Part shown: positions 1 through 14,585 of the stretch, one piece after another | How the letters are laid out: every line of letters begins with the position of its first letter | Numbering within the stretch: position 1 is the stretch's first letter | NCBI RefSeq assembly: GCF_025526975.1 | Contig: NW_026515676.1 | Span: 310,001-374,000 of the forward strand | Source: Fimicolochytrium jonesii | Taxonomy: Eukaryota | Direction: 5' to 3' | DNA: 64,000 nucleotides | Program-made: the position numbers and the translations under genes | Notes under the pieces: generated by a model | Told to the model about the DNA's origin: nothing | What the model saw: only the letters and a program-made list of their open reading frames with translations | The model's database searches: none

Positions 1-1994
1 AGAAAGGGGAATAGAATCCTGTAAATGCTGAAAGAAAGAGGACGTGGTGAAGGAGCCATTGTTGACCGATCGTAAGAACGTGTTCACTATGTCCTGGTCC
101 GTCATGGCGCTATACCAAGGAGCAGAGGGCACCTATGGGTGTCTATATGTATGTACGTGCGTGCTGGAGCTGGCCCGACGATGCTAGGGATTGCACCAGG
201 GTCAACGGGGTCAACGCCTCAGTCCAGATTGAAGGGTGCGACTGGGGTGCGAGGACTGAGGAGCGGAGAGGGCCTATTCGGACATTTCGGACGCGCCTAC
301 CATCGTCCAGCTTGGAAGACCTACCTTTAAATGTATGTACGTGTAGTATGGCAGTGCATTTCCTAGATTATCCTCAACTGCGACTTGGATCTCTATGTCT
401 GCTTCCCCGGACAGCGCATAGGTCCCTATCCAGAGCAGTGTCTGTACATGGACCTGAGAAAATCAAAGCTTGATACCCAACCCCTGCCATCATGTGTGGG
501 TCTGATGTGGTTTGCGCGGCTTCGAGCTTTCAGTACCTATCAACTATGTGCATGTCCCCAAGAACAGGGTTGAGTGCGGGGAATCGTTATTGATCGTGAG
601 ACCTGCCGGGCCAGGCTAGCTAGAGACACCAGACTTCATTAGCTTACATTTGTCGCAGTTCGCACTGGCGTGGCTCCGAGGACTTTGGATGGCTGTTTTT
701 GGCGGTCATGTCCGAAAGCCCCGGTGACCTTACCCTAAGGTCATCCCTGCTCCTCAGGAGTCTGAAACTTCCTTTCCTGGAGGCTGGGCCAACTTCGTCG
801 AGTACGTGCTGTGAAGAAGTGGCAGTGTTCTGAGGGGCGACTGCAGCACGGTCAAACGACCGAGAGCGGAAGTTTGGCGAGGCCGAGCGAAGCGAGGCTG
901 AGCCAAATGCCTAGACGCTGTCGAGGCCGCAGGGTGCAGCGGTCCGATGCTGTTTGGACGCTTGGGCAGTGGCATTGAGCATCTCCCGCGGCTGTGTTGA
1001 AAAAAGGAAGCGACATCGGCGTCACGAGAAAGACCAAAGCCTTTTCTTTGAGGGAAAGGATCCACTGAACCTCAAGGCGCTGATGCGTCCTGGCCAGCAG
1101 ACTCACGGCGGTATCCTGAGCACTCCGCGCCGATTTGCGGGACGACGAACCCCATACCACTCCCCGCCGCCTTGCATACACTGAGTACGTACCCTAATGC
1201 ACGGCGTTGAAGTTACCCTCATCAATGTCGCGGGAAAAACTCCATGAATCGATTTGTTCAGTAGGCCTATGTCTCTTCATTCACTCAGACTCTTGGTGTA
1301 GAGGTTGGAAAAATGATAATATATTCAAAAGGACATGTATAATACAAAATGTTTATCAAGGGTCATAGAAGCTCCTCCCCACGGTCCCCGCATCGTCCCC
1401 CTCCCCCAGTGCTCCCATCCGATCAAAATGTCCATATCAACGCATATAGCGTCTGTCGCTATGTAATAAGAGTCGGAAGACAGAGCAGGGGAGTTGCTGT
1501 GGATGATGGTGATACGGGTGGCGCCGATGCTGTTGCCTCTTCGACTCCTTCATGAAGGCCTCAAACAAGAGGAACCGTTCGATATCTTCTTTGAGGCTGA
1601 TGGCAAGCCACGGATGGTGGCTGTGGGCTTCTCTATAATTTCGTCGTATGGTAGGAATCTGGCTCCTAGGCGCGGTTTTCTGTTCACATCTTTAGTTTGT
1701 GGAGTAGGTTGGGTTACCGGTGCCGCTTGTCGCGCTGGGGATGCCGCTCGTCGAGCCGGAAGATCATAACTGCTCTCCCCATCGGAATCGCCCCGTAGTT
1801 CCCCCAATCGCCCGTTGTAGGTTGGGGAGCCCGACTGTCCCGGTTGGGCTTGCAAGTACAGCAGGACAACGAGGGGGGTCGGAGTGTGATGCGAATGCTG
1901 CTTACGAGAGGCCGCGCTCCCTTTTCTCCCGTCGCCCCTTCCGGAAAGCCCTCCCCTTCTCGCTACCGCCCCCAAACACAAGCAAACACTCAAC

Positions 1995-2640
1995 ATGTCG
2001 CAGAAACTACGCAAAGCGGTGGTAAGTCCTCCCTCCATGTTTCCGGATGCAGGCTATCCCCGGGCCACCTCCCACCCATATCGTTGAGTGTCACCTCCAT
2101 GTTAAAACTCCATTTCTAATTCCCAACCCACCAACAGGACACCCTCTTAAAGGAAACCTCAACAAAACGCTCCCTGAAGAAAGCCTCCGCCCCAGCCCCA
2201 CCACCAGACCCCTCCCTCAACCCGACCTCTTCAAAAATAACCAAAAAAAAGCCCGCCCCTCCAAAAAAAACCTCAACAACAGCCCACGCCCTGAACTTCC
2301 GCAAATCCGAACGGCAAGCCAAATCCGCCCGCGCTGCGCTCAAAGCCAACGCCGCGTTAGTTGAGCGGATGCGTGTCGCCGGTGTCAAGAATACGTTGCG
2401 GAAGATGGAGGCTGCTGAGGGTGGGATTGGGACGGAGGAGAGACGGGAGAGGAATATGAAGTGGTTTGGGAGGAGGGTGGGTGCGGGCCAGAGGGAGGTG
2501 CTGGAGAAGGTGCGTTGCATCATGTGTTTTTCTGCGGTCGTTTTTCTTTTGTTGCGGGTTGAGAGAATCAAGGCTGTGGATGGGGCGGATTTGTCCTTAC
2601 AGCTTTTTTTGTTTCTCGATAATAGCTGAAGAACCGATGA
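1995..2640 (+). CDS. Small basic hypothetical protein, 3 exons (1995-2021, 2138-2509, 2626-2640); weak resemblance to AROS/Rrt14-type nucleolar proteins
   Basis: GT-AG introns join in frame: MSQKLRKAV|DTLLKETSTKRSLKK...ERRERNMKWFGRRVGAGQREVLEK|LKNR*. Branch point CTAAT precedes acceptor 2137. Lys/Arg-rich. Confidence 0.55.
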
Positions 2641-3121
2641 GTGAGCGGGTGGAAGCAAATCACCGGCGGCTCCCCTTTTTTGGACGACAAAGTAACTTAT
2701 AAAAACCATCGGTAAACGAAAACAAAAGGAACCGCTTGGCATTCTCATGGCCCTGCTCAGCGGACCCAAAATTCGATCACCGTTTAGCCGAAACTCTTTT
2801 TGCCATAGCACGTATGTAGCACGTAGACTAGGACTTCAACACTGCAACCTGGAGAAAGACACATCGCGGATGCGGACAGCGGCAAGGAGTTGCAGGACTC
2901 TGCAAGGAAGCACGAAGAGTGGGCATCCATCTTGGCGATGTCCTGATCGAACGGCGTGAAACTCGTATAGTTTCTTTCATTGATCGGTATATGTGATGTA
3001 GAAATCCCCTTTGTCCCAAATTCGAATTAGTGCATTTGATCACAAAACAAAACCACACTCAAATACGCCAGAGTACTAGTCAACCTCTAAATCCTGGGCT
3101 TCACCTAAGGACTCCCAAACC

Positions 3122-6100
3122 TCACAAACTCCCCGTACAAACCTCCCTCGTAACCCTACAATCCCCCACTACAGCCACCAAACTCGGATGCACCTCCCCT
3201 CCCTCAAACATCTCCACCACCTCCCGAGTATCCGCTTCCTCCCCTCGCCACGCCGCAACCACCCGCACAGCGAGCACATACCGCGCCAACGCGGCAAACA
3301 CGTCATGGTCGAATGTCAATCGGGGGTCTGCTTTCCGATTGTGTTGGCGGAAGCGGTGGAAGATGGATTGGAGGGAGGAGATGTAGGATGGGAGGGACGC
3401 GGGTGGTGGGTGCGATAATGGTGGCGATGATGTGCGCGCCAGGAAGGCGGTGAGACTTCCAAAGGCGATATAGGCGTCGACGAAGGGTTCGCGGCGAGGG
3501 TTGGCGGCTTCTTTCGCGAAGAGGATGGGGGAGGGTGTACCGGTCGAGTCTTTAGTAGGCTTGTTTTGTGCGGGTGGAATGATCGCAGATTCTAAAAGAG
3601 GGGTGTAAGCGGGGGGAAAACAAACCGGAGAAACAGGAAAAGCATTGACCAGACATACCAAACGCAGCCAGCCCCTCCGCACTCGCACTAGGCCCTAGCA
3701 ATAACCCGGCGAAACATTCCACCACATAACTGGACGTAGACGCATGCGTCCAGCTGCGGGTCGCGAGGTACCGTCCCAACAGCAATCGACACCGTGCCGC
3801 CGTCACCGTTTGCTGCAAAATTCTGAAGTCAATCACCGCCCCTACATCTCAATACGCCAAATACACTCAAATCACAACAAAACATACCTTCACCCCCAAA
3901 ACCTCCCCACTGACAACCTCCGCGGCCACCTCCCTCACATCCGGGTCATCATCCTCCAACAACCGCTCCAGCAAAAACAACAGATCCACCACAAGCCTTT
4001 CCTCCCTTTCCTCCTTCCCCCCCTCAACAATATGAGCTAACCGCATAAGTCTTAGACACTCGGCCGCAGCCAACCGCACGCTAAGGGGCTGGTCGTCTCG
4101 CGTCCAGTGGGAGAGAATACGGATTAGGGTTGGGGTGGGTGTGGGGAGGTGGGCATACAGGGCGCCGAGGAGGGGGAGGTAGGCTTCGGCGGAGGTGATG
4201 TTTGAGGCGGGGGCGGTGGAGGAGGAGGGGAGCAAGAGGGCGGTCGTGACGGCCGTTGCGAAGGACTCTGTGTCGGCTGTTGCAGCGTGGTAGCGCGAGA
4301 ATAAGCGTACGAGGAGGCTGGCGGATTCCGTTCGGACTCGGTAGTATAGGCCTGGGGCTTTGCTTAATACCAGTCCTTTCAGAGCCATCACCAGCGGGTC
4401 AACTTCTATCCCTATATCCTGATTGTTGGTCGCTACGATTTCTGCCACGAAGCCCAACGCGTCAAGCTGCACATCATAATCAGCGTCAGTCACGAGCCGG
4501 ATGATAGTCGCGGTCGTCGTGGCCGTGCTTGATGCGGTGCGTGGTGAGGTGGTGAGGAGTTTGAGCAGCTGGGTGGCTTGCGCGCGGCGAATAGCGTAGT
4601 CCAACGGTGACAGTACATGACTGAGTTCATGCGCAGGTGTAGGCAGGCCCGACTCCAGCAACGCTTGCCGTAGGGGAGCAAAAGCCTCATCCGCGATCCT
4701 CGACAAATCCTCCTCCTCCTCCCCACCGGCACCACCACGAACCCACACAGCCTCCACGAAAAACTCCGTCAAAAGCCCCGTAAACAACTCCCTCGTCAAC
4801 GGGAACATCCCCGTTTCCACGCCCCTCATCCGTCCAAACACCACAGGCAACCGTTCAATCGCCTCCCTCCTCACCCCAGCCCTCGCAACCCGCTGCGCAA
4901 GATGCAACCTCATCACCGCCTGTACCTGCAACAACGCGCCATGCACCGCGTTCTGCTGCCCCGGTCCAATCCTTCCCGCCGGGGACGACAACGGGGCAAG
5001 CAGCCCCTCAACAACCCCAACGACCGTCTCCGACTGCACAAGCGGCGCAAACGCATGTGCGGCCATCACCCGCGCCTTATAGATCGTCGCGGCAGCACAG
5101 CGCGCCACGACGGGTCTGAACGGCGTCAGAGATGTCGTGGTGGGCACATCCGGGTCGTCCACTGCTGACGGTTTCAGCCGCGCGAGGATCATGAGGATCG
5201 GGTATAACGCCGGATGCAGCACCGCAACCCTCGTCTCCAACAACTCCGCCGCGGCCGACAACTCCCTCAACAGCAACGGGTGCAACGCGGGGTACCGCGC
5301 GAAGAATTCCCGCGCAGTCAGGGCGTTCACGGCATGCTGCTCGTCTTTTGTTTTTTTGGTCCCGAAGATCTTGTTGACGAGGGTGCTGAACAGCATCGCG
5401 GCGCAGTTGCGGACGGGGAAACACGGGGACGAGAACCCGTTCACGCACAGCTCGAAGGCTTGTCCCAGAAACGGTCGTGAATCCGGTGCTAATGTCGCGT
5501 CCTGCAACACGGCGCGGACCACGTTGAAGGCATGCACTTGGGGTAAATCCAACCGCTCATTGGCGTCGGCGGGGACTGGTTGGGCTGCGATGGCGAAGAG
5601 ACGCGCAAAGGTGAGTTTGAGAAGGGAGGAGCGGGAGGTGGGTGGGGCGCCGGTGATGACAGCTAGGACGCCGAGAGGAAGGCCGGCGGAACGGCGGGTT
5701 ATGGAGGTGTCGACTGAGACGACCTGCGCGAGGAAATGCTTGAGCCATGCCTCTGGTAGGTGTATCAATTGGGATTGGTTGGAGGATAGGAGGGTGGCGC
5801 AGAGACTTGCGAAGGAGGTGTGCACTGCCGAAAATGCACCCCTGTGTCGAATCGAGCCCAACAATGTCCGGAGCAGATTCCCCGCGGACTCGATCTGATC
5901 GTAGGTAAGCACCGCCGTAGCGTTATCCTCCTCACCCATCGACTTTGGCAACGGTGCCCGACACACAACAGCCTGCGTAACCGCCGACGTTTCCTTAATC
6001 GTATGGAAACACGCATACAGCATCAACTGCGCATCCGATTTCTTCGTGTCCCCCTCCTCCTCTTCCTCATCATCCGCTTCGGCCTCCGCAATCACATCCT

Positions 6101-9100
6101 CCATATTTTTCTGCATATCCGCAAATGACGCCGGGAGGTTGCCCTCGGGTGACTCGTCGGCGCAGATGGCCAGCACGGCCTCACATGCGGTGCTGACTAA
6201 CTCCCAGATCTCGGCGACGAGGGATTTCCACTCGATGGTGTGGGAATGGACGGTGGGAGAGGCCCAGGGGATCTCGGATAGGATGTTGTGGAGGGCGCGG
6301 AAGAGGCCGTGCATTGGGTAGGCTGTTGCGCTTTGGTACAGGTTGCGTTTGGCGATAGCGATGTTGTGCGTAAGTAATCCCACGAGCTGCCGGACGAAGA
6401 AAATCGTGGGGTCGTGGCTCCCCGTGTCCGTCATTTCGCCAACCCGTGTTAGGGACAATCTCCACCCAAGCGCTTTAACATATTTCTCAAACACCAGCTT
6501 CACAACCATCGCCCCCGTATCACTCTGATGCGACTTCACACTTGCCACCCACTCCACCCCCGTCCTCACCAACTCCCCCGCCGCCTCAGCATCCTCATAC
6601 CCCGGCAGCGGACTTGGCAACCTCACCAAAAGCGCATACGCACGCTCCCTATTCGGCGTGAACGTGTCATTGCAAATGATCCCAATCAGCGCCCGGACCG
6701 TGCGGGGGGTGCCTAGGACGGGGTAATCCGGCATATCAGCGAGGGTGACTTTCGCGGTGACGTCGATGGCGGTGTCTTCGGAGTCGAAGATGGTGGACAT
6801 GAGGGCGAGGTTGCTGGATGTGCGCTGGAAGGAGCAGCCGGGGAAGAGGGAGGCGACGGTTGTATCGATTAGCCATCTTACAAAGTCTCGTTTCATGTCT
6901 AGTTTTGCTAGTAGCTCGGTTGCCGCTGTTCGCATCTCGGATAAGTTCGGTGGACAGTCACCGACTTCCTCAGAGTGATCAATGAAGGCTTTCCGGGAGA
7001 GGTAGTCCCTCCAATTCGCATACATGGCGCGTCGTAGCCGTCGCAACAATTTAACAAGATGGGTCTGCACACGTTGTCTGAATTCCGGTGACTGCGAGTC
7101 AAGGCTGATGAGCAGAAACTGCTGGAGTGTTCGTAATTCCTCTGAGCTGAAATCCGCGGTCTGCTGGCGGGCTTCGCACAGCAGGGCGAGGACGTCGATG
7201 CGGAGGTTGGGGTCCGGGTGGCTGATGGCTTGGTCGACCATATCGCCCTTCTCCGCGAGGAAGGCGTCGATTTTGATGAGGTCGAGGGATCGCGCGGCTT
7301 TGGAAACTGCGATGGTTGCGTGTAAACTGAACGACGTTTTCGTTGTCGAGGTATCTGATAGCCGGTAGGATTCCAACGTGTCGAGGATCAATGGAAACGA
7401 GGCCGGGTTTTCCTTCATAACCAGCGTTGTCATATTCTCGCTGCAAAATTTGCGGACGACCTGGTTCTGGTTGGTCAACGCGCGACAGACGGGTGCTACC
7501 CAGAACTCGTTGGCCTGGCGATTCCTCCGCTGGTCTTTGGGTATATCCGCAAACGCATCTTTCAGGAACCTGTTGATGAACGCCGTGACGCGGCTCGCTA
7601 GCATGGGGTTGGTCATGACTTCGAAGCAGTTGTCCAAGAATTTGGATCGTAGTTGGATGATGGTGTGCGGGCGAACCTTTGATAGCATCAAGGAGAGGAG
7701 ATCGTACTTGACTTTGCGGTGCCAGTCTGCGTTGAGGAGGGCGTGCAGCATGTGTTCGATGTGCGGTTTTGCTGTTTCAGAAAGGCTGCCGACATGCAGC
7801 AAATCAAGCAGGGCGTCGAGGACGTCTTTCAGTTTATGCTGCAGCGCGTCGCATTGGTCCTCCCAGCCGTTGAAGACATAGGCGAAGATCTTGTCGGACG
7901 TGGACGCATGGATCAGTTGGATGACCTGAGTCAATTCATCTTGTGTTGCGTCGGCAGTTTTGCCGGCGAGGATGCTGCGAGCGGCGGTGAGCCATGCCGC
8001 TAGGGTCTGGAAGGCCAGGATACGGGTCGCGGCGTCAGATGAGGAATCGCAAACTCGTAGGGTCTTCTCCAGGATCAACGTCAACGCGTTCTGCTGACTG
8101 TTCGGTACGGTGAGGAACATATCGCGCTCATTGAACGTCGTCAAGAGTCCGCGAAAAATGCATAATGTGGAGTAGTCCCACCGCTCGTCCTCGTACCAAA
8201 CCGGCTTGTTGGCAGCGTGGGCTGGGATCGCAAGAGATAGGCCGGTTCCAAAAAGAGTTTGTACTGCTCCTACCGGACTCGTGTTGTAGAGCAGACTGGC
8301 AATCAGGAAGCCGGCCATGAACTGTGCGTCTCTTGAAAAGTTTGGCGTGAAGCAAATGGTTACAGCAGCATCCAGGAGTTTTCGGATCGTCTCGTTTCCA
8401 TCTCGCGTCCCTGCTCCGCCCTGCATAGTCGTGTGCACCGCTTCCGAAAAGCGAGACAGAAGGGCAGTAATCGTCTTCAACAGATCCGCACAGGTAGATT
8501 GGGTGCCATTGAGATGAAGGTCATTAGATGCATCGAAGGATTGGTCTGACGTCGAGCTCGCTGTGTTGATGAGCCTAATGAGCTCATTCAGATGTGTAAC
8601 AAGGACGACCAGCGTTTCCTCGTAGGTCTCTAGCGAAATCGCTTTTCCGGCGACATTCCGCTCATGTGTCGCGAGAACGACGGCACAGTAACCCGTCAAG
8701 ATGGTTGGATCTTGCCCGGACGCCACTGAGCACGAACCGAACTCCTTAAGGAATTCCCCGTATCGATTCTGCAACCGTGAGCGAGCCAACATGCGATCCC
8801 ACCGAGATGCAAGATTCTCGGGGGGTGTTTGATCCACATATTCATTCGACCTGACGAAGAGGGCAAAGATAGCACCTCTGAAAGAAGCCTCGGTAGTGGC
8901 GGACGGCGTGAAGTGGCGGTCCAAAGCCCCTGGTAGTACGCATTCGTCTAGAAAGCGATACACTTCGAGACGGTCGGTTTGCGTTATTTCCTTATCCTGC
9001 GCGGCTTTTCCTATTGAAGTTCCTACTCGTCTGAACGCACTCAGTTGCGCAACGGCATTCTGGGACGGCTTCAGCGCCGAGTCGAGCAAAGCCACCAAAG

Positions 9101-9224
9101 TATCTAGGTGCTTGTTCGTTGTAGAGGCTGAATTTCTCCGACGTTTGAAAGCATCTACTATTCCTCTCCAGGCCTCGAGGTTCCTGCCGGAGACGTCGTG
9201 CGTCTTTGACCTTATCGTTGACAT
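3122..9224 (-). CDS. THADA: THADA/Trm732 family armadillo-repeat protein (tRNA 2'-O-methylation cofactor)
   Basis: 1785-aa ORF with DUF2428-type motifs (SPEG, RHRGAFSAV, TRRSAGLP, PQVHAFNVVR, VRNCAAMLF). Two 3' introns (about 3887-3813 and 3657-3592) extend it in frame to a C-terminal LFAKEAAN motif and stop at 3122. Confidence 0.92.
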
Positions 9225-9795
9225 GGGAATTCGCAGGGAGGGCTATACAACTACAAAAGTAAGAGTAAATATACACTTTCTGGCTATGCTCTCTAACTCT
9301 ATCTACTGGTCCTCCGGCACACGGCCTTTGCCAAGCAAGCTTGGCGGATAATAAGACTGCAAAGTACAGTACGTACTAAATAATTCACACTTCCACACTT
9401 CCAGACAGTAGGACCTTCCCGTCGACGGCTCACGTAAGCACCCAAGCCTCCCGTGCGCCACACAAGGTTTATTTCGGCAATCCCGTGCCCTCCATTAAAC
9501 AGGCGTCACACTTCGCTTGTTTATTGCGGATTGCGGAGGCGCCAATGAACACCATCCCAGGAACCTGCATCGCATCCCCACTTACTACGCTCACCCCAGG
9601 TGTCTGTTTTCTACTCGCTGCAGGCCTCTCAGACTACCAGTAGCGATAACGGAGGCAATTCGCAGCGCATTCGAAGAGTAGCATATTGTACGCCTTTAGC
9701 AGTTCCTGAGTGTGACGCCCAATTTCAACCACCGCGTATTGTCTTTATCCCAGCGCTGAACACCTCTCATCTGAACCTGCAAACTCTCCACCATC

Positions 9796-11661
9796 ATGGC
9801 CTACCGAGCGGGCGGGCCTACGCACGCCTACCCGAACTACGTAGAAGCAGCGAGAATAGCGCCCGGTTACAGGTTTCCCGCTCCAGCAGGCGCCGCCGGC
9901 GCATATGGTGCAGGCGCCGCGCCACCTGCGGCGTTCCATCCTCACAGGGCGTTTACCCCGCAACGACACCCGTATATGACACCATATGAAGCGCATTTAC
10001 GGCCACATTCCCATCATCCGGGCCAGCAGCACTTGCAAGCGGCGCATATGCATTTCGCGCCCCACGGTCGACTTTCGCCGCCTGAGTCTATTGGAGGAAG
10101 GCCGGGTGACGTCCTTGGTGGTCGTCGCCCTTATGGACCGCCGATGTGGCATCCTGGACATCCTGGACATGAGAGAGATGCGGGACATTTACTGAATGGA
10201 CGCAGGAGTTCCATACCCGACGCATTGTGAGTGATCAAGATTCGGGGATCATCTGGAACGTAAATCGTGCTTGTGGAACTGACAATTCCCTTTTTCATTT
10301 AGATATGACCCGGAATCAAGAGACGCCCATGGTCACTTCCCCGGCGGTGCGTATCCCGCCATGGAATCCCGGGTGCACCCGCGAATGCACGCCGTAGCAG
10401 CTGTTGATCCGGCTCTGTACCATCGCGTATCGGAAGCTGTCCGACGAGGGTCGAAAGAAGGACTGGGAGGACAGATTCTGGGAAAACAATCAAATTCAGA
10501 AGATTTAGGTTCCAATGGGCCGTCTGTCATTGATTTGACGGAAGATGAGGATGAGGCGGGTGACATGGTACGTTCAACGTTCGGTGTGCACTGAAGGGAT
10601 CATTTGGACAGCAGAGCTGATTGAAATTGCGATTTTAGGTTATATCCCCCGTATCAAATGGCACCGTTCAAGGACCCCCCAACCCTCCTCACCCGTATCC
10701 ACAAGAATGGTCGGATGGCCAGGTACCATTTCCCAACGGCCATCCTCAACCATCCCAACTCTCCTCCCTCTTACCCGAAAACATTCCCTACCCCGCCTCC
10801 CGCAAACGCAAAGAGCCCTTATCAGCACTCGTCCCGCACCACCCGCTCGGCGGCGGCAAACGACCACGGCCTGGCCCGGCGGAAGAGTTGGGCGTGCCCC
10901 TTGCGCCGCGTATAGCCATCAACCCGAGGTTCCTGGCAAGATATGCTGGAAAGAATGGGGCTGCACCTCCTCCGCCGCCTTTGTCGACGAATGGGGTTAG
11001 CAATGCTGTGGGAACGGTGAAGAGAGTTACGCCTGTAGACAGCGCGGATGGAGTCAATGCGGCGACGATAACTGCACAACAACAACGGAACGGCCACGTA
11101 CCTTCTTCAATCCAGAATGGAATAACTAACGGTATACGCTCAGGAGCCAACCTTGGGAATCGCAACCTCCAACATATCGATCTTCTGACACCACATGCAA
11201 ACCATGTCTCTTCCCCAATTCCAGGTAAACCCGCCAACGCAACCATCCCAACCATCCCAACCACCACCACAACAACAACAACAACAACAAAACGCCCACT
11301 ATCCGCCAGCACACCCACAACAGGCTTCTCACTCGACACGCACCCATGGAAAATCACGAGCGCGAAGAAGATTGTTGCCAAGGTTGCGCCTAAACCGTCG
11401 ACGCCCACGACCACGATAAGCACGGAGGAGGGTGGTGGAAAGACGGTGAATGGGGATACGGGGAAGAGGAGGAGGGTGATTTATGAGGATGCGTGGATGT
11501 CACCGGTGCGTATATGGGTCGTATGGGTTGGTATGGGGTGGTCGTGTGATGGGTGTGGAGAGCGTACGGGAGAGCATCTGGAAGAGGATGGAGAGCAATA
11601 CGGGAAAAAAGGGTTGGGGTGCCGAGAGTGTCTCGTAACCTATTACTTTGCAGCAAGCTAG
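9796..11661 (+). CDS. Hypothetical Pro/His-rich, probably nuclear protein with SIM-like motif and C-terminal CxxC...CxxC; 3 exons (9796-10226, 10303-10567, 10639-11661)
   Basis: Two GT-AG introns join three track ORFs in frame. Contains VIDLTEDEDE, RKRK/KRPR and CDGC...CREC. Confidence 0.7.
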
Positions 11662-12899
11662 GCGGACTGCGCAGTCTATTGAAAAGAAAGAAATGGCCAT
11701 ATGGTTGGAGGGGTGTCGCGAGCTTTTGCGTTTTTCCTGTTCCACCTCGCGAAATGATTCTCGCGCTACTAATTCCGGTTCCCCTCCCCCTCTCCCTTCT
11801 CTTTTGTTTCCTTTCCTTCCCTTTTTCATTGCATGTGGCACAATTCTTGCTTTCCGAACGCCGAACCTTCACTCGCACACCACACCCGAACCTCAACTTT
11901 CCAACCCGCGCTTTGTGGCTTCCGACCTCTGTGACCTCCACGACCTCGATGGATCATCACAAAACAAAAACAGGAGGAACACCGGGTGAAATGCATGGCG
12001 GCGCGCTCATTGGGATAGAGCAGTCTGTTGAACAGACTATGTTTTGATGAGACCCTCCACTCCCGCAGAGATGCATAGCTTTTTGGGCGGCTGTTTCGAT
12101 TGTGGACGGACACGTACATACTCCGCGTCGGAATTTCGGCTACGACGGGGTGATACCCCAGGATACCTACCCCTTCGACCACATGCACCACCCCACCTGT
12201 CATGATACCCTCTCCGCGTTACATATCGACCGCATACCGACTACATAGCCCCGCCAACCGATGTATAACCAACCGACATGTAATATCGAAGATGCCCAAG
12301 GTAAGGCACCACCCCACGACCTGGATGCGGTGCGCCGCGTAAAGAAGGAAAAGAAAAAAAGTGAAGCCGAAAAGGGAGTGAAGCAAAGACAGTTTTGGGA
12401 TAGAAGAGAGTGAGAATGTGTGAGAGAAATGGTGTTTCTGGGCTTGCGCGCCCTCTGTTATGTTATGTTGTTCGTTTGCTTGTTTTCTTGCGCTTTATTA
12501 GACACTCTTTTTGGGTTGATTTCTTACTTGGGTTGGATGGGTCGGATGGGTAAGGTGAACGGGATGTGAGAGTAGGAAGGGGGGTGGGGTGAGATAGTAA
12601 GCTTGGGAGCGGCGAGTGTTGAAGAGAGATAATGATACGTTAATGAATGATTACAAAATGGTTACAAAGCTGAAATTTTACAATGTCTTTGGAATACGCC
12701 TAGAGAAGCGTTCTATTTCGACGTCTGAAAATCCATATCTAGACTCTCGGGAAGCCAAACGGCCTTCCAAAAATGTCCTCATCTACGCCGAATCCTCGAC
12801 GAATTCGACGGGCACAAAGTCGACGAAGAGGAGGATAACCTGACAGGCCGTTGTTCAATCGGGGGTACGCCGTCATCGAACCTCAACCCATGCCACTCC

Positions 12900-14147
12900 T
12901 CACGCAAGCGACCCCGCAATCCCCTGTAAGATCGCCTGTTTCCGATCAATCAATTCCCGCTGCACCCCCAAGAGAAAGAACCAATCAGTCAGTATCCTTA
13001 GAACCCAAATGTCACAATGCCACCTAGAAAGCGAAGCAACCCACCAAATCCCGTTTGCGCTCCCCCAGCTTCAACCTCGCCAACGTAATATCCGGCGGCA
13101 AATCCTTCAACGCGTCCAGTGCCGTTTCTTTCTTCTCTGTTTCCGCGGCTAGGTCTGCGATTTCTTGTTTCAGGTCTACAAGGGCGCCGTAGGAGTAGGA
13201 GTCGACGTTTGCGGGAATGCGGTGCTGGTGAGATTTAAGGTTAGGGGAGATTGGGGGTCAAGGCAAGTGGGTGGGGGTTTACCTCGTAGGATTGGAGACG
13301 ATCGAGGTATTCGTCTCCCTTTTGGCGAAGCATGTGCGCGTTGCGTTTCTGTTCGCGGATTCGTTGGCGGTCGAGTTCTTCGTTGGTTTCTATGTTTGCG
13401 ACAGTTCTGGTATGTCGCCGATGTTAGTGATGGGCGACACCAAGATCAAGGCGTTCTGCGTTGCACATACGTGTGGGCTTCCGAGTAGGCTGCCTCAGTT
13501 CTCCGGTTCAGCTTCTCCAGTTGTTCCAAGGTGGTGCGCCGCTGTTGCAAATCGTGGTCGAGCGCCAATTCCTCGAGGACTAGCGATGTGAGCCCAGTTT
13601 GATAGCTGAGGTCCGATTTGCGAGCTTAGATGACGATTTCGAAATCCCTACAAGACAAGCTCGGTTCGTACCTCGCCACATCAACGTCGTCTCCCAACCC
13701 AAGAGCTATCGCCAGCGACGTCAGGGAACCTAAATCCGCCTCCCCTGTCTTCGATATCCTGTCGTTCGAGAGACCCATTGTTTGGAGAATATCGGATAGC
13801 CGTGCCGCTGATCACATCGAAAACCAAAACCATCAGATAAAAACCCCTGCTGGAGAAGTGCTGTTCCACATACCTTCGTGCGCATAAAACCCCCCAACAT
13901 CCCCCTGAGCTTCCTGAACGACCCTCGCTACCACCCTCCGCGCATCGTCTCGTTCTGCAACGCCTTTCAGAACATTTGCGCTGCTAATGGAGCCCAAAAG
14001 TTGTTCGTGGACGGTGTCTGTTGCGTCTTCCGCGGGGAAGATGGCGGGGTAGTTTGAGGTGATGGTTACCCATAGCCGGGAGAGGTCTGCTGCTTCGGTG
14101 ACGGAGTGGATTCCTTTGGATGAATGTGGGCTTAGAGCTGGTTCCAT
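12900..14147 (-). CDS. HAUS1: HAUS augmin-like complex subunit 1 (multi-exon coiled-coil protein)
   Basis: Spliced product includes FYAHEAARLSDILQTMGL...LTSLAIALGL and C-terminal DLPPDITLARLKLGERKRDL, typical of HAUS1/Aug1. Five GT-AG introns keep frame. Start codon uncertain. Confidence 0.8.
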
Positions 14148-14585
14148 TGCCTGTGCCGGTCGCTGTCGTTGGTTTGAGAGTTTTTGGAGAGTCATTTGCT
14201 CAATGTCCAGGACGTTTTCCAGCAAACGCGTGGTAATCTTCGGACAAGCGGTGAAAGTCGGCGACGTGGGACTGGTTGGACCGGCGACACAGGGGGGGAA
14301 AGGCGTAGGAGGACCCTGAGGAGGACCTGCGGAAGAGCGAGGCAGAGCGGCTTGGGTGGGCGTAGGCTTGTCGTCGAGGAGGTTCTAGGAACGGCTGTGG
14401 GCGCTCGATGTTCCTACGAGAAGTCTTGTTAAAGCAGCCCCCTTGACAATTGAGCCTTGAGCGACAACTACGAGGACGCTCTTGCCGTCGCTCGATTCCC
14501 ACGACGACCCAACATCTTCACTCGGATATACTCTGCCAACGACGACCGCTCACACTTCCAGCCATCAGGGACTGCAACGGCGGCC

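Noticed and set aside
1..1950. Short ORFs at the window start
   Set aside because: No recognisable domain or consistent splice model.
2116..2811. 231-aa minus-strand ORF
   Set aside because: The opposite strand gives a cleaner spliced model (1995-2640).
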